The position numbers and the translations under genes were made by a program. Source: Fidelibacterota bacterium (GTDB lineage: Bacteria; Fidelibacterota; Marinisomatia; Marinisomatales; JABMOV01). From it: a stretch of 16,705 nt of DNA. Positions 15,540 through 16,705 of the stretch are shown here, one piece after another. The notes below the pieces were generated by a model that was given only the letters and a program-made list of their open reading frames with translations, was not told where the DNA came from and did not search any database. Numbering within the stretch: the stretch's first letter is position 1; the number at the start of each line of letters is the position of its first letter. The DNA lies in assembly GCA_046861395.1 (NCBI GenBank), contig JBHHUC010000049.1, forward strand, positions 1 to 16,705, given 5' to 3'.

Positions 15540-16705
15540 CTATTTCAAATAAATGATTTTCCGCGTCGCCCGGCCCTGAGTCGAATTCACACGAATAAAA
15601 TATGTCCCGGAGGCATGGTGCATTTGAACGGAAAAGGTGTGCTGTCCCGAAATAAAGTTACCTTCGGCAATCGTGCTCACCCGGCATCCAAGAATATTAT
15701 ATAAGGCAATGGTAAGGAAATCAGGTTCCGTCAGCACCAGAGACAGGGTCAGTGCACCATTGGTCGGATTGGGATAAATGGCAGGTATCATGCGAGATAA
15801 TTTGGCCCGCGTATTACCCGCAATCGCCAGCGGAAGAACCGGCACCAGATACTGGAGGCCGCCATCTCGACTTCCAATGAGTAGCGGTGAAGTGGAATCG
15901 GGGTACAGAACGGTCGGTGCAATCTGTTTCCCACACCAGGGAATCTGATGAACGATGATGGAAATTTCCGTCGATTCAATGATTAATTCCTTCAGTTCAC
16001 CCGCCAGATCTCCCGCCAGAATACGGTTGTCGTACCAATAAGCGGGTGACACAAATTCACCAATGTTTATTTCCCGGTCGGCCGTGGCGGGGAAAATGGG
16101 TTGCTGAACTGTGCCCTGGTTGTAAAATATGGAAATCCTCCCTTCACGATCCCCAACAATGAAATCCTGGTCACCATCGCCATCCAGGTCACCGAATGTC
16201 GGTACGGCATAACCCGATAAATCCAGGTTCAAAAAATTTCCCTGGTCCACCCAGACCGGTTCACTGATGCTTCCTGTATTCTCATACCAATGCACATAGC
16301 CGTTGAAGTCCCCGTAAAAGCCATCCAGATCGCCGTCCCCATCCAGGTCGCAAAAGGTCGGAGCAATATTGGACCCGGGATAAGGAAATACGGCCATGGA
16401 ATCCCGCAGGATCAATTCCGGCTCCATGGTCGTACCGATATTTTCATGATAAAACATCTGGCCCGACCAACCGTAATTGGCGGGATTGAAGGCATTTCCC
16501 ACCATGAGGTCAGGATCATTATCTCCGTCAATGTCAGCCCATACGGGGTGACTTTCGGATATAAAATCAAGTCCGACCAACAATTCCGATGTTACATAGG
16601 TAAAAATCGGATTATTGACCGATCCCGTGTTTTGTGCCATAATCAGATTCTGGGAATAATCCACACCATATTGACCGGACAGCGTACCGCATACCAGATC
16701 CCCGT
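15540..16705 (-). CDS. 5'-truncated FG-GAP/VCBS repeat protein with a T9SS type A-like C-terminal sorting domain
   Basis: The frame is open to the window edge (GDLVCGTLSGQYGVDY...). Repeats PVWADIDGDNDPDLMVG, PTFCDLDGDGDLDGFYG and PTFGDLDGDGDQDFIVG. Tail IYPNPTNG...LYNILG...SGTYFIRV...KIIYLK. Confidence 0.85.
   Translation of the reverse strand, partial: GDLVCGTLSGQYGVDYSQNLIMAQNTGSVNNPIFTYVTSELLVGLDFISESHPVWADIDGDNDPDLMVGNAFNPANYGWSGQMFYHENIGTTMEPELILRDSMAVFPYPGSNIAPTFCDLDGDGDLDGFYGDFNGYVHWYENTGSISEPVWVDQGNFLNLDLSGYAVPTFGDLDGDGDQDFIVGDREGRISIFYNQGTVQQPIFPATADREINIGEFVSPAYWYDNRILAGDLAGELKELIIESTEISIIVHQIPWCGKQIAPTVLYPDSTSPLLIGSRDGGLQYLVPVLPLAIAGNTRAKLSRMIPAIYPNPTNGALTLSLVLTEPDFLTIALYNILGCRVSTIAEGNFISGQHTFSVQMHHASGTYFIRVNSTQGRATRKIIYLK

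Overview
Bacterial chromosomal window of mid GC content, with no sign of a mobile element. The gene order rplM-rpsI-rpsB-tsf-pyrH-frr, Por/T9SS-like C-terminal tails and a dockerin-bearing secreted protein suggest the FCB superphylum, possibly Marinimicrobia-like (inference). From left to right: the 3' end of a probable outer-membrane beta-barrel gene; a secreted M4/M36-like zinc metallopeptidase with a C-terminal dockerin; about 250 bp of unexplained convergent spacer; a translationally coupled minus-strand operon (BtpA/SgcQ, HAD phosphatase, radical SAM); a divergent class II ribonucleotide reductase (nrdJ) preceded by two perfect tandem DnaA boxes; a bidirectional terminator; the translation operon; an AT-rich divergent promoter region; initiator tRNA-Met with its terminator; and two secreted proteins with T9SS/FlgD-type tails (choice-of-anchor-B/LVIVD, and a 5'-truncated FG-GAP repeat protein). 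No CRISPR array, transposase, integrase or defence system is evident. The best leads are DnaA-box control of nrdJ, the uncharacterised BtpA-HAD-radical SAM operon, and modular secreted proteins with interchangeable anchors. All calls come from motif recognition by eye; no searches were run.
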